This document shows positions 19,114 to 27,858 of a stretch of 64,000 nt of DNA, in pieces. Source of the stretch: Promethearchaeota archaeon. GTDB taxonomy: Archaea > Asgardarchaeota > Lokiarchaeia > Sigyniarchaeales > SOKP01. Positions within the stretch are counted from its first letter, which is position 1. Every line of letters begins with the position of its first letter. The notes below the pieces were generated by a model. The model was given only the letters and a program-made list of their open reading frames with translations. It was not told the origin of the DNA and did no database searches. A program made the translations under genes and the position numbers. Location: contig JBHLNS010000004.1 in NCBI GenBank assembly GCA_048941285.1, forward strand, positions 64,001-128,000. Direction: 5' to 3'.

Positions 19114-19695
19114 CTATTGCTTCTCTCTTAGGTATTTTCCCTTATCGCTCAAATTGATTGCAACAAGGTCTTCAGGTTTTAGATTTTGAACTTGACTGCT
19201 ATTTATAGTTGCTATACTAATACCAATTATTTCTCCTTCCTCATTAAAAACCAACAAAATGTCTTTTTCTTTATAATCGTAGGTTTCTTTTAAGATCATA
19301 TTCTTTAAAATATTATTTCCATATAGAATGGATTTTTCTCCCCTTTTATTTACATGCAAGTGTATAACATCAGAGATTAGATCGCTTTTGTACAAGAATT
19401 CTGCACCTTCTAAGCTTAAAAAGAATTCTCCTCTTTTTATTAGGCCAAAATATAAACCTACTAAAGTGATATTATCATAGATATTTAAATTTTTTAGTAA
19501 ATTTTTTAATTCTTCAGAAAGTAAATATATCTGAGGAAAATTCTTAATTGAGGTTTGTTTCTTGATTAAAATATATAAATTATCCTCAATTTCTCTAAAA
19601 TTCGAAATGACATTTGAAGAAATTGTTGAAAGGGAATTTTTAATTATTTTTTTTTCAATTTGATTTAAATACCTAAAAATTTTAAAATCTTTCAT
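19114..19695 (-). CDS. nip7: NIP7-like large-subunit biogenesis factor (C-terminal PUA domain)
   Basis: GLYFG...FFLSLEG, GEKSILYGNNILK, LLVFNEEGEIIG, C-terminal NLSDKGKYLR. Confidence 0.8.
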   Translation of the reverse strand: MKDFKIFRYLNQIEKKIIKNSLSTISSNVISNFREIEDNLYILIKKQTSIKNFPQIYLLSEELKNLLKNLNIYDNITLVGLYFGLIKRGEFFLSLEGAEFLYKSDLISDVIHLHVNKRGEKSILYGNNILKNMILKETYDYKEKDILLVFNEEGEIIGISIATINSSQVQNLKPEDLVAINLSDKGKYLREKQ

Positions 19696-19774
19696 TAGTA
19701 GGGAAAATAAAAAGAATTAAGAAGTTTTATTATTATTAATCAATAAAGGTATTAAAAAATAGTGTTATCTAAAA

Positions 19775-20488
19775 ATGGGCATTCGTAAGATAGAAGATGA
19801 GATTGACTTAAAGGAAGCAATGAAAAAAAAAGCAACAGAGCTTAAAATGAAAGATCTCCAAGCAAAAGCATCTGTTGAAAAATTTACAAAAGATAAACTA
19901 CAAGATTTAGCAAGAAGACATGGTGTTTTGTTAGCTCTAACACCAGAATTGAGAGAAGAGGTAAAAGATTTACAAAAAAAATATAATATTCCTTCTTCAA
20001 AAATCATTACTGATCAAATTACAGAACATGATGTACTGAAAAAATTCTCCAAAATTGACTATCAAAAATTAGGGATGTTGGCATATCAAAGAGTCTTAAT
20101 GAGTAAGGAAGAAACAGGAGGAATAATTCCATTATCAGAAGTATTTGAACTAGTAAATACAGGAATATTGAAAGGAAATATAAGTGTCAAGGATGTTGAG
20201 AAAGCTTTGAAACTCTTGAAAAAAACAAGAGTAATTGAGGATATTACTCAATTAGATTCAGGAGGTATTATCGTACGATTCTTTCCGATTCAATATACTG
20301 CTGATGAATCAAAAGTTGTTGAGTTAGCAAAAGAAAGAGGAGTTCTTACTTTGGAAGATGTCTGTTCTAATTTGGGATGGTCTCAAGATAGATCGCTAAG
20401 AGCATTAGAATCACTTGAAAAAACAGGAACTGCGAAATTCAGGGAAAATATTTTAACAGGGAAGCAATGGTACTTTCCATCTTTATAA
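19775..20488 (+). CDS. vps22: ESCRT-II subunit Vps22/Vps36-like (EAP30 domain)
   Basis: LQDLARRH...PELR, YQKLG...EETGGIIPLSEV...ISVKDVEKALKLLK, C-terminal winged helix GVLTLEDV..NLGWSQDRS..ALESL...YFP; aligns by eye with SNF8. Confidence 0.88.
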   Translation: MGIRKIEDEIDLKEAMKKKATELKMKDLQAKASVEKFTKDKLQDLARRHGVLLALTPELREEVKDLQKKYNIPSSKIITDQITEHDVLKKFSKIDYQKLGMLAYQRVLMSKEETGGIIPLSEVFELVNTGILKGNISVKDVEKALKLLKKTRVIEDITQLDSGGIIVRFFPIQYTADESKVVELAKERGVLTLEDVCSNLGWSQDRSLRALESLEKTGTAKFRENILTGKQWYFPSL

Positions 20489-20502
20489 GAAATAGATGAT
20501 TT

Positions 20503-21405
20503 TTACTCTAATCTAATTTTAAATGCTAACTGTCCATTTTCTAATTTTAAAATTTTAGCTTTCCGGTTTTTAGCTAAAATTCTAAATATTTCTTCAAGAT
20601 CCTCAAGTGGAAGGGAACTAAAATCCTCTTGTTTTGCTTCTCTTAATTCATATATCATAATTGGCTCAATCTTTCCATTCTCATAACACCAATTATAAAT
20701 TTCATCTGACCATGCTTCTAAAGTTTTCCAATATATTCTTAGTCTCTTTTTTTCCTTTGAAATCCATTTTGCTTGATTTTGACTAATTAATTCTTCAGCG
20801 ATTTCTTTTATGTATTCTTCTCTTTTTGTGAAATTTAAAAATGGTTTTCTAGAGCTTACTTCTCTAATGTAAATAATATGAAGAACAGCAAATCTCGCAT
20901 AATCGAAAAGGACTTTTGCCCACTCTATTTTCCAAGAAGTATAATCACTTTTATTCTCCTTTTTATTTGGCATTGAATACATGAATTTTTTTCTTTCTTC
21001 TTCAAGCCAAGGATAAGCTTTCAATAAATTTTCATAAGCAGTTAACTTTTTTTCGATTAATCCTTTTTCACCAAGAATTTCCTCCTCAAGGGTTTGAAGT
21101 TCTTCTTCTACCTGTTCAGCGTGTTGCCGATATAATTTCTGATCTATTTCTCCTAATTTTGAGGAGAGTATATTTTCCAGTTTATCAAATTCTTCTTCTA
21201 AATAATTTAATTCAGTAGATTTAATTTCTTCTTCATTAATGATTTGCTTTTGGGTTGCTTCAATTTCTAATTGTTCTTTCTCTTTTTTTAATAGTCTTAA
21301 TCTAGCTAATTCTTTCCTTAATTCTTCTAACTCCTTTTCAGCTTTTTCCTTGACAGCTTCAGGTATTTCTGCAGGTTTTTCTCTCTGTCTCTCCATTTCA
21401 ACCAT
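20503..21405 (-). CDS. vps25: ESCRT-II subunit Vps25-like with long N-terminal coiled coil
   Basis: W..EWAKVLFDY, IYWKTLEAWSDEIYNW..ENG, IYELRE...FSSLP...L..I...L....KAKIL. Confidence 0.88.
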   Translation of the reverse strand: MVEMERQREKPAEIPEAVKEKAEKELEELRKELARLRLLKKEKEQLEIEATQKQIINEEEIKSTELNYLEEEFDKLENILSSKLGEIDQKLYRQHAEQVEEELQTLEEEILGEKGLIEKKLTAYENLLKAYPWLEEERKKFMYSMPNKKENKSDYTSWKIEWAKVLFDYARFAVLHIIYIREVSSRKPFLNFTKREEYIKEIAEELISQNQAKWISKEKKRLRIYWKTLEAWSDEIYNWCYENGKIEPIMIYELREAKQEDFSSLPLEDLEEIFRILAKNRKAKILKLENGQLAFKIRLE

Positions 21406-21414
21406 CGAATTTTA

Positions 21415-22629
21415 TTATATTTCTCCGAATTCTTCTGCCCATTCGTTATATTGCTTTAACATCATTTTAGTTGTCATTGGTTTGACTTTCTTAAGAGTCT
21501 TCTTAAAATCTTTTAAATCTATATCTCTTACATTAACTTCTTTGTCAGAATCTTCTAAAAGGCCGCTCATGTCTAACTCACGTACAGGTAGCATTATAAC
21601 TTCACGACAAATATTTGCAATATCCCGACCTGAATATCCTTCAGTTCTTACTGCTAATTCAACGAAATCTTCATCTGTTAATGCAGAATTAACTCCTTCT
21701 GTGTGAATTTTAAAGATTCCTGCTCTTGCTTTTAAATCAGGAAGAGGTACATGCACTCTTTTTTCAAACCTACTCAACATTGCATTATCAATATCCCAAG
21801 GTCGATTAGTTGCTCCTAAAACTAATAATGGTTTGTCATAAGTTGATTTTAATCCTTGTATTTCGCTTAAAAGTTGAGTTTTTACCCTCCTTTCACCACC
21901 ACTTTCTGAGCCTTCTCCCCGTTTTGTGGCAACTGAGTCTATTTCATCCATGAATATCAAACTTGGTGCTTTTAATCGGGCAACTTTGAATAAAGAACTT
22001 ATTAGCTTTTCACTTTCCCCTAACCATTTACTCAATAAATCTGCAGATGATGCACTAAAAAAGGTTGCCTTACATTCAGTAGCAGCAGCTTTAGCCAATA
22101 ATGTCTTCCCACATCCTGGTGGTCCGAATAGCAAAATACCAGACCAAGGTTTTCTAGCACCTGTAAATAATTGTGGTTTCATAATAGGTAAAACTATTGC
22201 TTCCCTCAAAGCTTGCTTAACATTATCCAAACCAGCAATGTCTTCCCATTTTATATTTGGAGATTCTGTAACGATTGTGCCTGATATAGTATCAATAAGT
22301 TCTTGTTCTTCTGAGGATACAGCAACAGATGCAGAATCAGTACTCCCTTCATCTTTCACTGTATTTGCTTTAGGTACATATCTAGCACTTCTAGGGCCAC
22401 CCAGATGAGATTTTAGAATTTTAGCACGTTCAACATATTCTTCAATATTTCGTTTACAGAGATTTCTCATTTGTGGGTTTTTATTATATTGCATAAACTG
22501 CATAAGAATTTCAGCTGCTCTCTGATACTTATTAATAGCTTGTCTATATTTTCCTTGATTATCTAAAGCAACTGCTTCCTTAGCTGTTTGAACGGCATAT
22601 TGATAGAGTTTCGAATCTACAGAGGACAT
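21415..22629 (-). CDS. vps4: Vps4 AAA ATPase with N-terminal MIT domain
   Basis: MIT (AV..AKEAV.LD..GKY..AI..Y...EYVERA..LK), Walker A GPPGCGKT, pore loop SKWLGESEK, Walker B FMDEID, ATNRPW, C-terminal Y.EWAEEFG. Confidence 0.95.
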   Translation of the reverse strand: MSSVDSKLYQYAVQTAKEAVALDNQGKYRQAINKYQRAAEILMQFMQYNKNPQMRNLCKRNIEEYVERAKILKSHLGGPRSARYVPKANTVKDEGSTDSASVAVSSEEQELIDTISGTIVTESPNIKWEDIAGLDNVKQALREAIVLPIMKPQLFTGARKPWSGILLFGPPGCGKTLLAKAAATECKATFFSASSADLLSKWLGESEKLISSLFKVARLKAPSLIFMDEIDSVATKRGEGSESGGERRVKTQLLSEIQGLKSTYDKPLLVLGATNRPWDIDNAMLSRFEKRVHVPLPDLKARAGIFKIHTEGVNSALTDEDFVELAVRTEGYSGRDIANICREVIMLPVRELDMSGLLEDSDKEVNVRDIDLKDFKKTLKKVKPMTTKMMLKQYNEWAEEFGEI

Positions 22630-22826
22630 AATAACTAAATCAAAACAATTTTTCTATTTAAAGCTAATCTAATCTGATAATTAATAATAATAATTTTATT
22701 AGTATATATCAAATTTTCTGTTAAAACAACGAGAATAATCTCAATCGATATTAAATAATTATTGGTCTCCAAAAATAATTATATAAGACCGAAGTTTTAT
22801 ATATATTATATAATTACTAATAATTT

Positions 22827-23462
22827 TTGATGAATATGGGTTTTCTAAAAGATCTCTCTGGTTGGTTAAGTGGAGGGAAAAAAAAAGACACGGTAAGGAC
22901 CGCAACAGTCAAATTAAAAGTGTTTAATAAACGCTTAATGAGACAGACTAAAAAAATGGAGATGTCAGCAAAATTAGCTAGAGATAAAGCTGTAAATCTC
23001 CGAAAACAGGGTGATATGCAAGGTTCAGAATTTCACGCACGAAATTATCTCCAAGTAAAAAAGCAAGCACGTGCAATTGACCTCTTCAGAACAAATCTCG
23101 AGGGAATGGTCTTCAAATTAGAACAGGCTCATGCTGTTAAGGATGTTGCAGAAATAATGAGGGGAATTGCTTCAAGTCTAGGTGCTTTAAAAAATCAACT
23201 TTCTATACCTCAACTTACAGAATTGATGACTTCTATTGGTGTTGATATGGAAGATTTCGCTGTTACAGAGGAACTTACAACTGATGGTATCAATGATATA
23301 ATGGTTGACACTGCTGTTACTGATACAGATGTTAAGGAGGTTTTAGGGGAAATAGATGCTGAAATCCAAGTAGAAATGGGTGTTGCACTACCCACAGCAG
23401 GATCTGATGAGAAAATAGCCGAATTAGAGAAAGAGCTGAATCGTCTTAAATCAGATGAGTAA
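22827..23462 (+). CDS. ESCRT-III subunit (Snf7 domain, Vps2/24/46-like)
   Basis: Helical hairpin, ARNYLQVKKQ...LE....KLEQA...DV...M.GI...L..L, acidic C-half, MIM1-like end ELEKELNRLK; likely start ATG 22836 (MGFLKDLSGWLSG amphipathic helix). Confidence 0.9.
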   Translation: MMNMGFLKDLSGWLSGGKKKDTVRTATVKLKVFNKRLMRQTKKMEMSAKLARDKAVNLRKQGDMQGSEFHARNYLQVKKQARAIDLFRTNLEGMVFKLEQAHAVKDVAEIMRGIASSLGALKNQLSIPQLTELMTSIGVDMEDFAVTEELTTDGINDIMVDTAVTDTDVKEVLGEIDAEIQVEMGVALPTAGSDEKIAELEKELNRLKSDE

Positions 23463-23612
23463 TTAATTACTTTTATTAAATTTATATTAATTTTCTTATA
23501 GTTTCTGGTATTTTCTATTTTTAATTTTAAAATTAAAATATAAAAGAATTTTATTTATGATTAAATGATAATATATCATAATTAATCTAATTCGAAACAT
23601 ATTATATGTAAA

Positions 23613-24173
23613 ATGTCACAATATTCTTTTAAAGTAATTATAGTTGGGCCCCCAGCAGTAGGTAAGACAAGCCTTCTAAATAGATTTGTAAACAACGAGT
23701 TTGATTTAAGTTACAAACTAACTATTGGCGTTGATTTTTTAACAAAAAATATAGAATATGAACCATCAAAAATAGCAAAACTCCAAATATGGGATATAGG
23801 TGCTCAAGACCGATTCAAATTTCTGCATCGAAGTTTTTACGAAGGTGCTTTTGGAGCATTGGTTGTATTTGATCTTTCTAGACAACAGACATTTATGGGT
23901 ATGAAGACATGGGTTTCTGAGATGCGTAGTATTTTGCCAGATAACATTCCTAAAATTATCATTGGAAATAAATGCGATCTAATTCCCGATGTTGGACAGG
24001 TTATAGATAGAAATGAAGTAGAAGAATATATAAAAAAAGAAGGCTGTAGATATATTGAAACTTCGGCCAAAACAGGAGATAATGTTGAGAAGGCTTTTTA
24101 CGAGCTTACTCAAAACATGGTACAGAGAATGGTAAATATTATTAGCAGTAATAAAGAAAGACAAATGAATTAA
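23613..24173 (+). CDS. Rab-like small GTPase
   Basis: G1 GPPAVGKTS, G2 TIGVDF, G3 WDIGAQ, G4 NKCD, G5 ETSAK; no C-terminal prenylation Cys. Confidence 0.93.
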   Translation: MSQYSFKVIIVGPPAVGKTSLLNRFVNNEFDLSYKLTIGVDFLTKNIEYEPSKIAKLQIWDIGAQDRFKFLHRSFYEGAFGALVVFDLSRQQTFMGMKTWVSEMRSILPDNIPKIIIGNKCDLIPDVGQVIDRNEVEEYIKKEGCRYIETSAKTGDNVEKAFYELTQNMVQRMVNIISSNKERQMN

Positions 24174-24296
24174 CCACAAAAAATTAATTTTAAATCTTTA
24201 CCAAAAATTCTCTAATAATATTTTCTTAGCAAAATTATTAAAAGACTATTTTCTATTTTAAACTTATTCTATATATCAATGTTATATATTTAATTA

Positions 24297-25319
24297 GTGA
24301 AATTTATGGATTATCCAGAATTAATCACCATCGGAAGCAATACCTTAGATATATTGATTGAAATCGATGATATCTTGCGCTTTGAATTATTCGATAAAGA
24401 AATCATAAAAAAGTACACTGCTATTGAATATTCTCGAAAATTGAATGTTAAAAATGTTAGATTTGTACCAGGAGGGTCAGGTGCCAATATCGCAGCAAAT
24501 TGTTCGATGTTGGGTATAAAAACTGCATTTATTGGTGTAATGGGTAGTGATTTTTCAGCAGAAATTTGTTTAACTGATATGAAAAAAAGAGGTGTAGATT
24601 TATCTAAAGTAATTCAAACTGATAAAGATACAACAGCATTATCAATTATATTAAAAACTCCATGGGGAAAAGATAGAAGCATCCTTGCCTATAAGGGTGC
24701 AAATAATCTCTTAAAACCCTCAGATGTTAATGAAGAACTTTTTAGTAATATTAAAGCATTTGCTTGGACCTCTTTAACTAAAGATGATGCTTGTAAAGCT
24801 ATAGAAAAAGCGATAACTCTTACAAAGGATAAGGGTGGTATGATTTTCGCTGCTCCAAGTATGTCAATTATTAAAAATGCTCCTAATTGGGCAAAAATCC
24901 TTATTTCTAATTCAGATGTAGTATCGATGAATTTAGAAGAGGCTCAAGAATTTACAGGAGAAAACAAAAAAACTCTTATGATTAAAAACTTCTTGGAGAT
25001 GGGAATTAAACTGATTTCTATAACTGATGGCCCAAATGGGTCAATCATATCAGATGGAAAGACAATAATAAATAGCGGAGTTTACAGTGCGGGAAAAGTT
25101 GAAGATACTACTGGAGCGGGTGACGCTTTTCTAGCTGGAATCTTAGTCTCTTGTTTAAATAATTTTTCTCTTGAAAAAACTTCAAAAATGGCTACAGCAA
25201 TGAGCTTCTTGGAATGCAAAGAAATTGGAGTTCGCGAAGGATTACCCAACAGTTTAGAAGAACTTGAAAACTTCATAAATAATAATACTATTAAACAAGT
25301 TATTTCGGAGATTATTTAA
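24297..25319 (+). CDS. PfkB/ribokinase-family carbohydrate kinase
   Basis: GGSGANIA..CS.LG, N.EEA, DTTGAGDAFLAG. Confidence 0.92.
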   Translation: MKFMDYPELITIGSNTLDILIEIDDILRFELFDKEIIKKYTAIEYSRKLNVKNVRFVPGGSGANIAANCSMLGIKTAFIGVMGSDFSAEICLTDMKKRGVDLSKVIQTDKDTTALSIILKTPWGKDRSILAYKGANNLLKPSDVNEELFSNIKAFAWTSLTKDDACKAIEKAITLTKDKGGMIFAAPSMSIIKNAPNWAKILISNSDVVSMNLEEAQEFTGENKKTLMIKNFLEMGIKLISITDGPNGSIISDGKTIINSGVYSAGKVEDTTGAGDAFLAGILVSCLNNFSLEKTSKMATAMSFLECKEIGVREGLPNSLEELENFINNNTIKQVISEII

Positions 25320-25352
25320 TTCTGTCAAAAAATATAAAATAGATGTTTTTGC

Positions 25353-26237
25353 ATGAAAAAGTCAAAATATTTAAGATCCGTTATAATTTTTTGTGTTTAT
25401 TGTATATTTTGGGTAGGAATTTCTATAGCAATGTCAAGAATTTTGGGTTATGGCGTAAATTTATCACCAATAATTCCTTTCAGAGATGCAGGCTTGGAAA
25501 TTGGATTTATTTCTATTCTATTTTTACCATTAGCATCAATAGTAGGGACATTAATAGGAGGATATTTGTTTACTCCATTATATCTATTTTCACACACAAA
25601 AATATTTAGAAATCGATATGAGTATGGAATTAATATTAAACCAAATTACGAAAAATTCAAATTTGCATCTCAAGGATTGTTTACTTCCTTAATGGCAATT
25701 AATATTTCTTTACTTTTATTGAATCCTGATTCAGTCCGCTTAATAATTGGAAATTTTAGCATTCTGCCTCAAAACTTAACACCTGATCATTATACAATCG
25801 CTTTTGTTATATTATTGGTTTTTACATTCGCTTTCACTAATTTATTATTCTCTCCTACTTGGTTTTTGATGGATTCAGGAATTCTTTATTCAAATAAAAT
25901 GAAATTAACTCAAACAAATAAACCTCTAGAAATTAGATCAGTAGGAAGATGGTATGAACAATTTTTAAAAGGGTATGCGGGCGTCTCTGTTTTACTTTCA
26001 TATATTGAGTTTATCACTATCTTTTTCATTGCAGCTGGTAATAATCTAGCATTATTTATTATTGAACTGATAATGTTTATCCCGTTTCCATTCATACTAA
26101 TTATTCCATCTATTCCTGCTTTAATTATATTAGATAAAATTAAAGAAAAAAGAAGTAATTACATTCTAAATAAGGCAAGAAAACTTGGAATTGCAGATAC
26201 AATGGAAGTTTCAACTACTCTTAAAGAAGAAATTTAA
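25353..26237 (+). CDS. Multi-pass membrane protein, unknown function
   Basis: About 6 hydrophobic segments; motif WFLMDSGILY...SVGRWY..FLKGYAG. Confidence 0.75.
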   Translation: MKKSKYLRSVIIFCVYCIFWVGISIAMSRILGYGVNLSPIIPFRDAGLEIGFISILFLPLASIVGTLIGGYLFTPLYLFSHTKIFRNRYEYGINIKPNYEKFKFASQGLFTSLMAINISLLLLNPDSVRLIIGNFSILPQNLTPDHYTIAFVILLVFTFAFTNLLFSPTWFLMDSGILYSNKMKLTQTNKPLEIRSVGRWYEQFLKGYAGVSVLLSYIEFITIFFIAAGNNLALFIIELIMFIPFPFILIIPSIPALIILDKIKEKRSNYILNKARKLGIADTMEVSTTLKEEI

Positions 26238-26318
26238 ATCCTATTCTTTTTGTTAATAGTCGCTTTTTTAGAATCATTAAATTTTAATTTTTTAATGTAT
26301 TCTTATTAATGTTACCAT

Positions 26319-26390
26319 GCGCTCTTAGTATAGTGGTAAGTATGCCAGGTTGCCAACCTGGCGACCCGGGTTCAATTCCCGGAGGGCGCA
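26319..26390 (+). tRNA. tRNA-Gly(GCC), no intron, CCA not encoded
   Basis: Acceptor GCGCTCT/AGGGCGC plus discriminator A, anticodon arm CCAGG-TTGCCAA-CCTGG, T-arm CCGGG-TTCAATT-CCCGG. Confidence 0.97.
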
Positions 26391-26501
26391 TATTTTTAAC
26401 TATATCCTAACGGATATTTAATAAAAGGCGAAATGAAATGAATAAATTATTATACAAGTAAATTATATATTAATCTATTAATCCATTTTCTTTGTGCAAA
26501 A

Positions 26502-27518
26502 ATGAATGTAGATATATCAGATGGTATTGAAAGTGGGGATATTATAATTAAAGTGTTAACGACAAATACTTCAATGTCATCATTATTAACAGATGAAAAA
26601 TTTGAAGGGAAAGTAATACAACCTCATTCAAATGCGAGTAAATATATCGGAGAACATGGGCTTGCATTAAGTATAGAAATAACACAAGAAGACGAAATAA
26701 AAAAATATTTGCTGGATGCTGGGGGTCCTAAAAATTCAGTAATATCTAACGCGGAAGCTATGGGTATAGATTTCAAGGATTATAATAAACTAATCTTGAG
26801 TCATGGTCATATAGATCATTTTGGTGGTTTGATAAATATCCTACCCAAACTAAAAGAAGAATGTGAATTAATTTTAACCCCAGAATCTTATAATCAAAAC
26901 ATTATTTTAGTTCCAAAATCAAATCAAGATTTTTATTCTCCCGAAGTGTTAACAGAAAAATTCCATGAATTAGAAAAAGAAAATAAGTTTAGATTTAATA
27001 TTAAATTGCCATCGCTGAATAGAAAAATAATTGAAAACTTAATAGAGCAAAATAAACTTAAAATTACAATGACTCAAGATCCTATTAAATTATCCTCAGG
27101 GATCACGACAAGTGGAGAAATTGAAATTTTTGATGAGAATGAACTTACGAAAGGGATCTATTTAATGAAAAGTAGAAAAGAGTTTGCAAAAAACACCTTT
27201 AGAGACGAAATTTCAATTTATATTAATGTGAAGGATAAAGGACTTGTAGTAATTACCGGATGCGGGCATGTAGGAATCGTGAATACAATAAAACATGGCC
27301 AAAACTTAACGGGAATAAATAAAATATATGCTTTAATCGGTGGATTTCATAAAGAATGGGAAAAGATTGAAAATATTAAGGAATCCGTTCTATTTATTGA
27401 AAATTTAAATCCAGAAATAACTTGTGGGATGCATTGTACTGGATTTGAATTTAACAAAATTATGTCTAGACATCAATCTCATACGCTCGGTATTGTTGGA
27501 ACTGAATTTCATTTATAG
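26502..27518 (+). CDS. MBL-fold hydrolase (7,8-dihydropterin-6-yl-methyl-4-(beta-D-ribofuranosyl)aminobenzene 5'-phosphate synthase-like family)
   Basis: GEHGLAL, LLDAG, LSHGHIDHFGGL, DE, ITGCGH.GIVN, IGGFH, HCTG. Confidence 0.87.
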   Translation: MNVDISDGIESGDIIIKVLTTNTSMSSLLTDEKFEGKVIQPHSNASKYIGEHGLALSIEITQEDEIKKYLLDAGGPKNSVISNAEAMGIDFKDYNKLILSHGHIDHFGGLINILPKLKEECELILTPESYNQNIILVPKSNQDFYSPEVLTEKFHELEKENKFRFNIKLPSLNRKIIENLIEQNKLKITMTQDPIKLSSGITTSGEIEIFDENELTKGIYLMKSRKEFAKNTFRDEISIYINVKDKGLVVITGCGHVGIVNTIKHGQNLTGINKIYALIGGFHKEWEKIENIKESVLFIENLNPEITCGMHCTGFEFNKIMSRHQSHTLGIVGTEFHL

Positions 27519-27568
27519 TCTGATATTTATTTTTTAGGTTTATATTACCTAGAACTTCTGTGAAGATA

Positions 27569-27728
27569 TACATAGGATATGTACAAAATAGCGTGAAAGG
27601 TCTGTTTCACGAACTTTTAAAAAATTTTTCATCAAATTGTTTTTCATACAATTTAATATATAACATTGATTCAATGATAGAATGATATTTTAAAATATCT
27701 ACATTTTCGTGAGGCAAGGCACGAAAAT
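27569..27728. repeat. Cluster of five short inverted repeats in a convergent intergenic gap
   Basis: TACATA-GGA-TATGTA; CGTGAAA-N6-TTTCACG; CATTGA-T-TCAATG; GATATTTTAAAATATC; ATTTTCGTG-N8-CACGAAAAT. Confidence 0.55.
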
Positions 27729-27858
27729 ATACAAGCTATAACTGAAGCTGTCCATAAATATAGAATATATCGAAAATAGGTTTAATTTTTTTTTTAAAAT
27801 TCTCTATTTTTATAATTGAATATTAATATTCCCTTCGAAACTCAACGTTAATTAGTAA

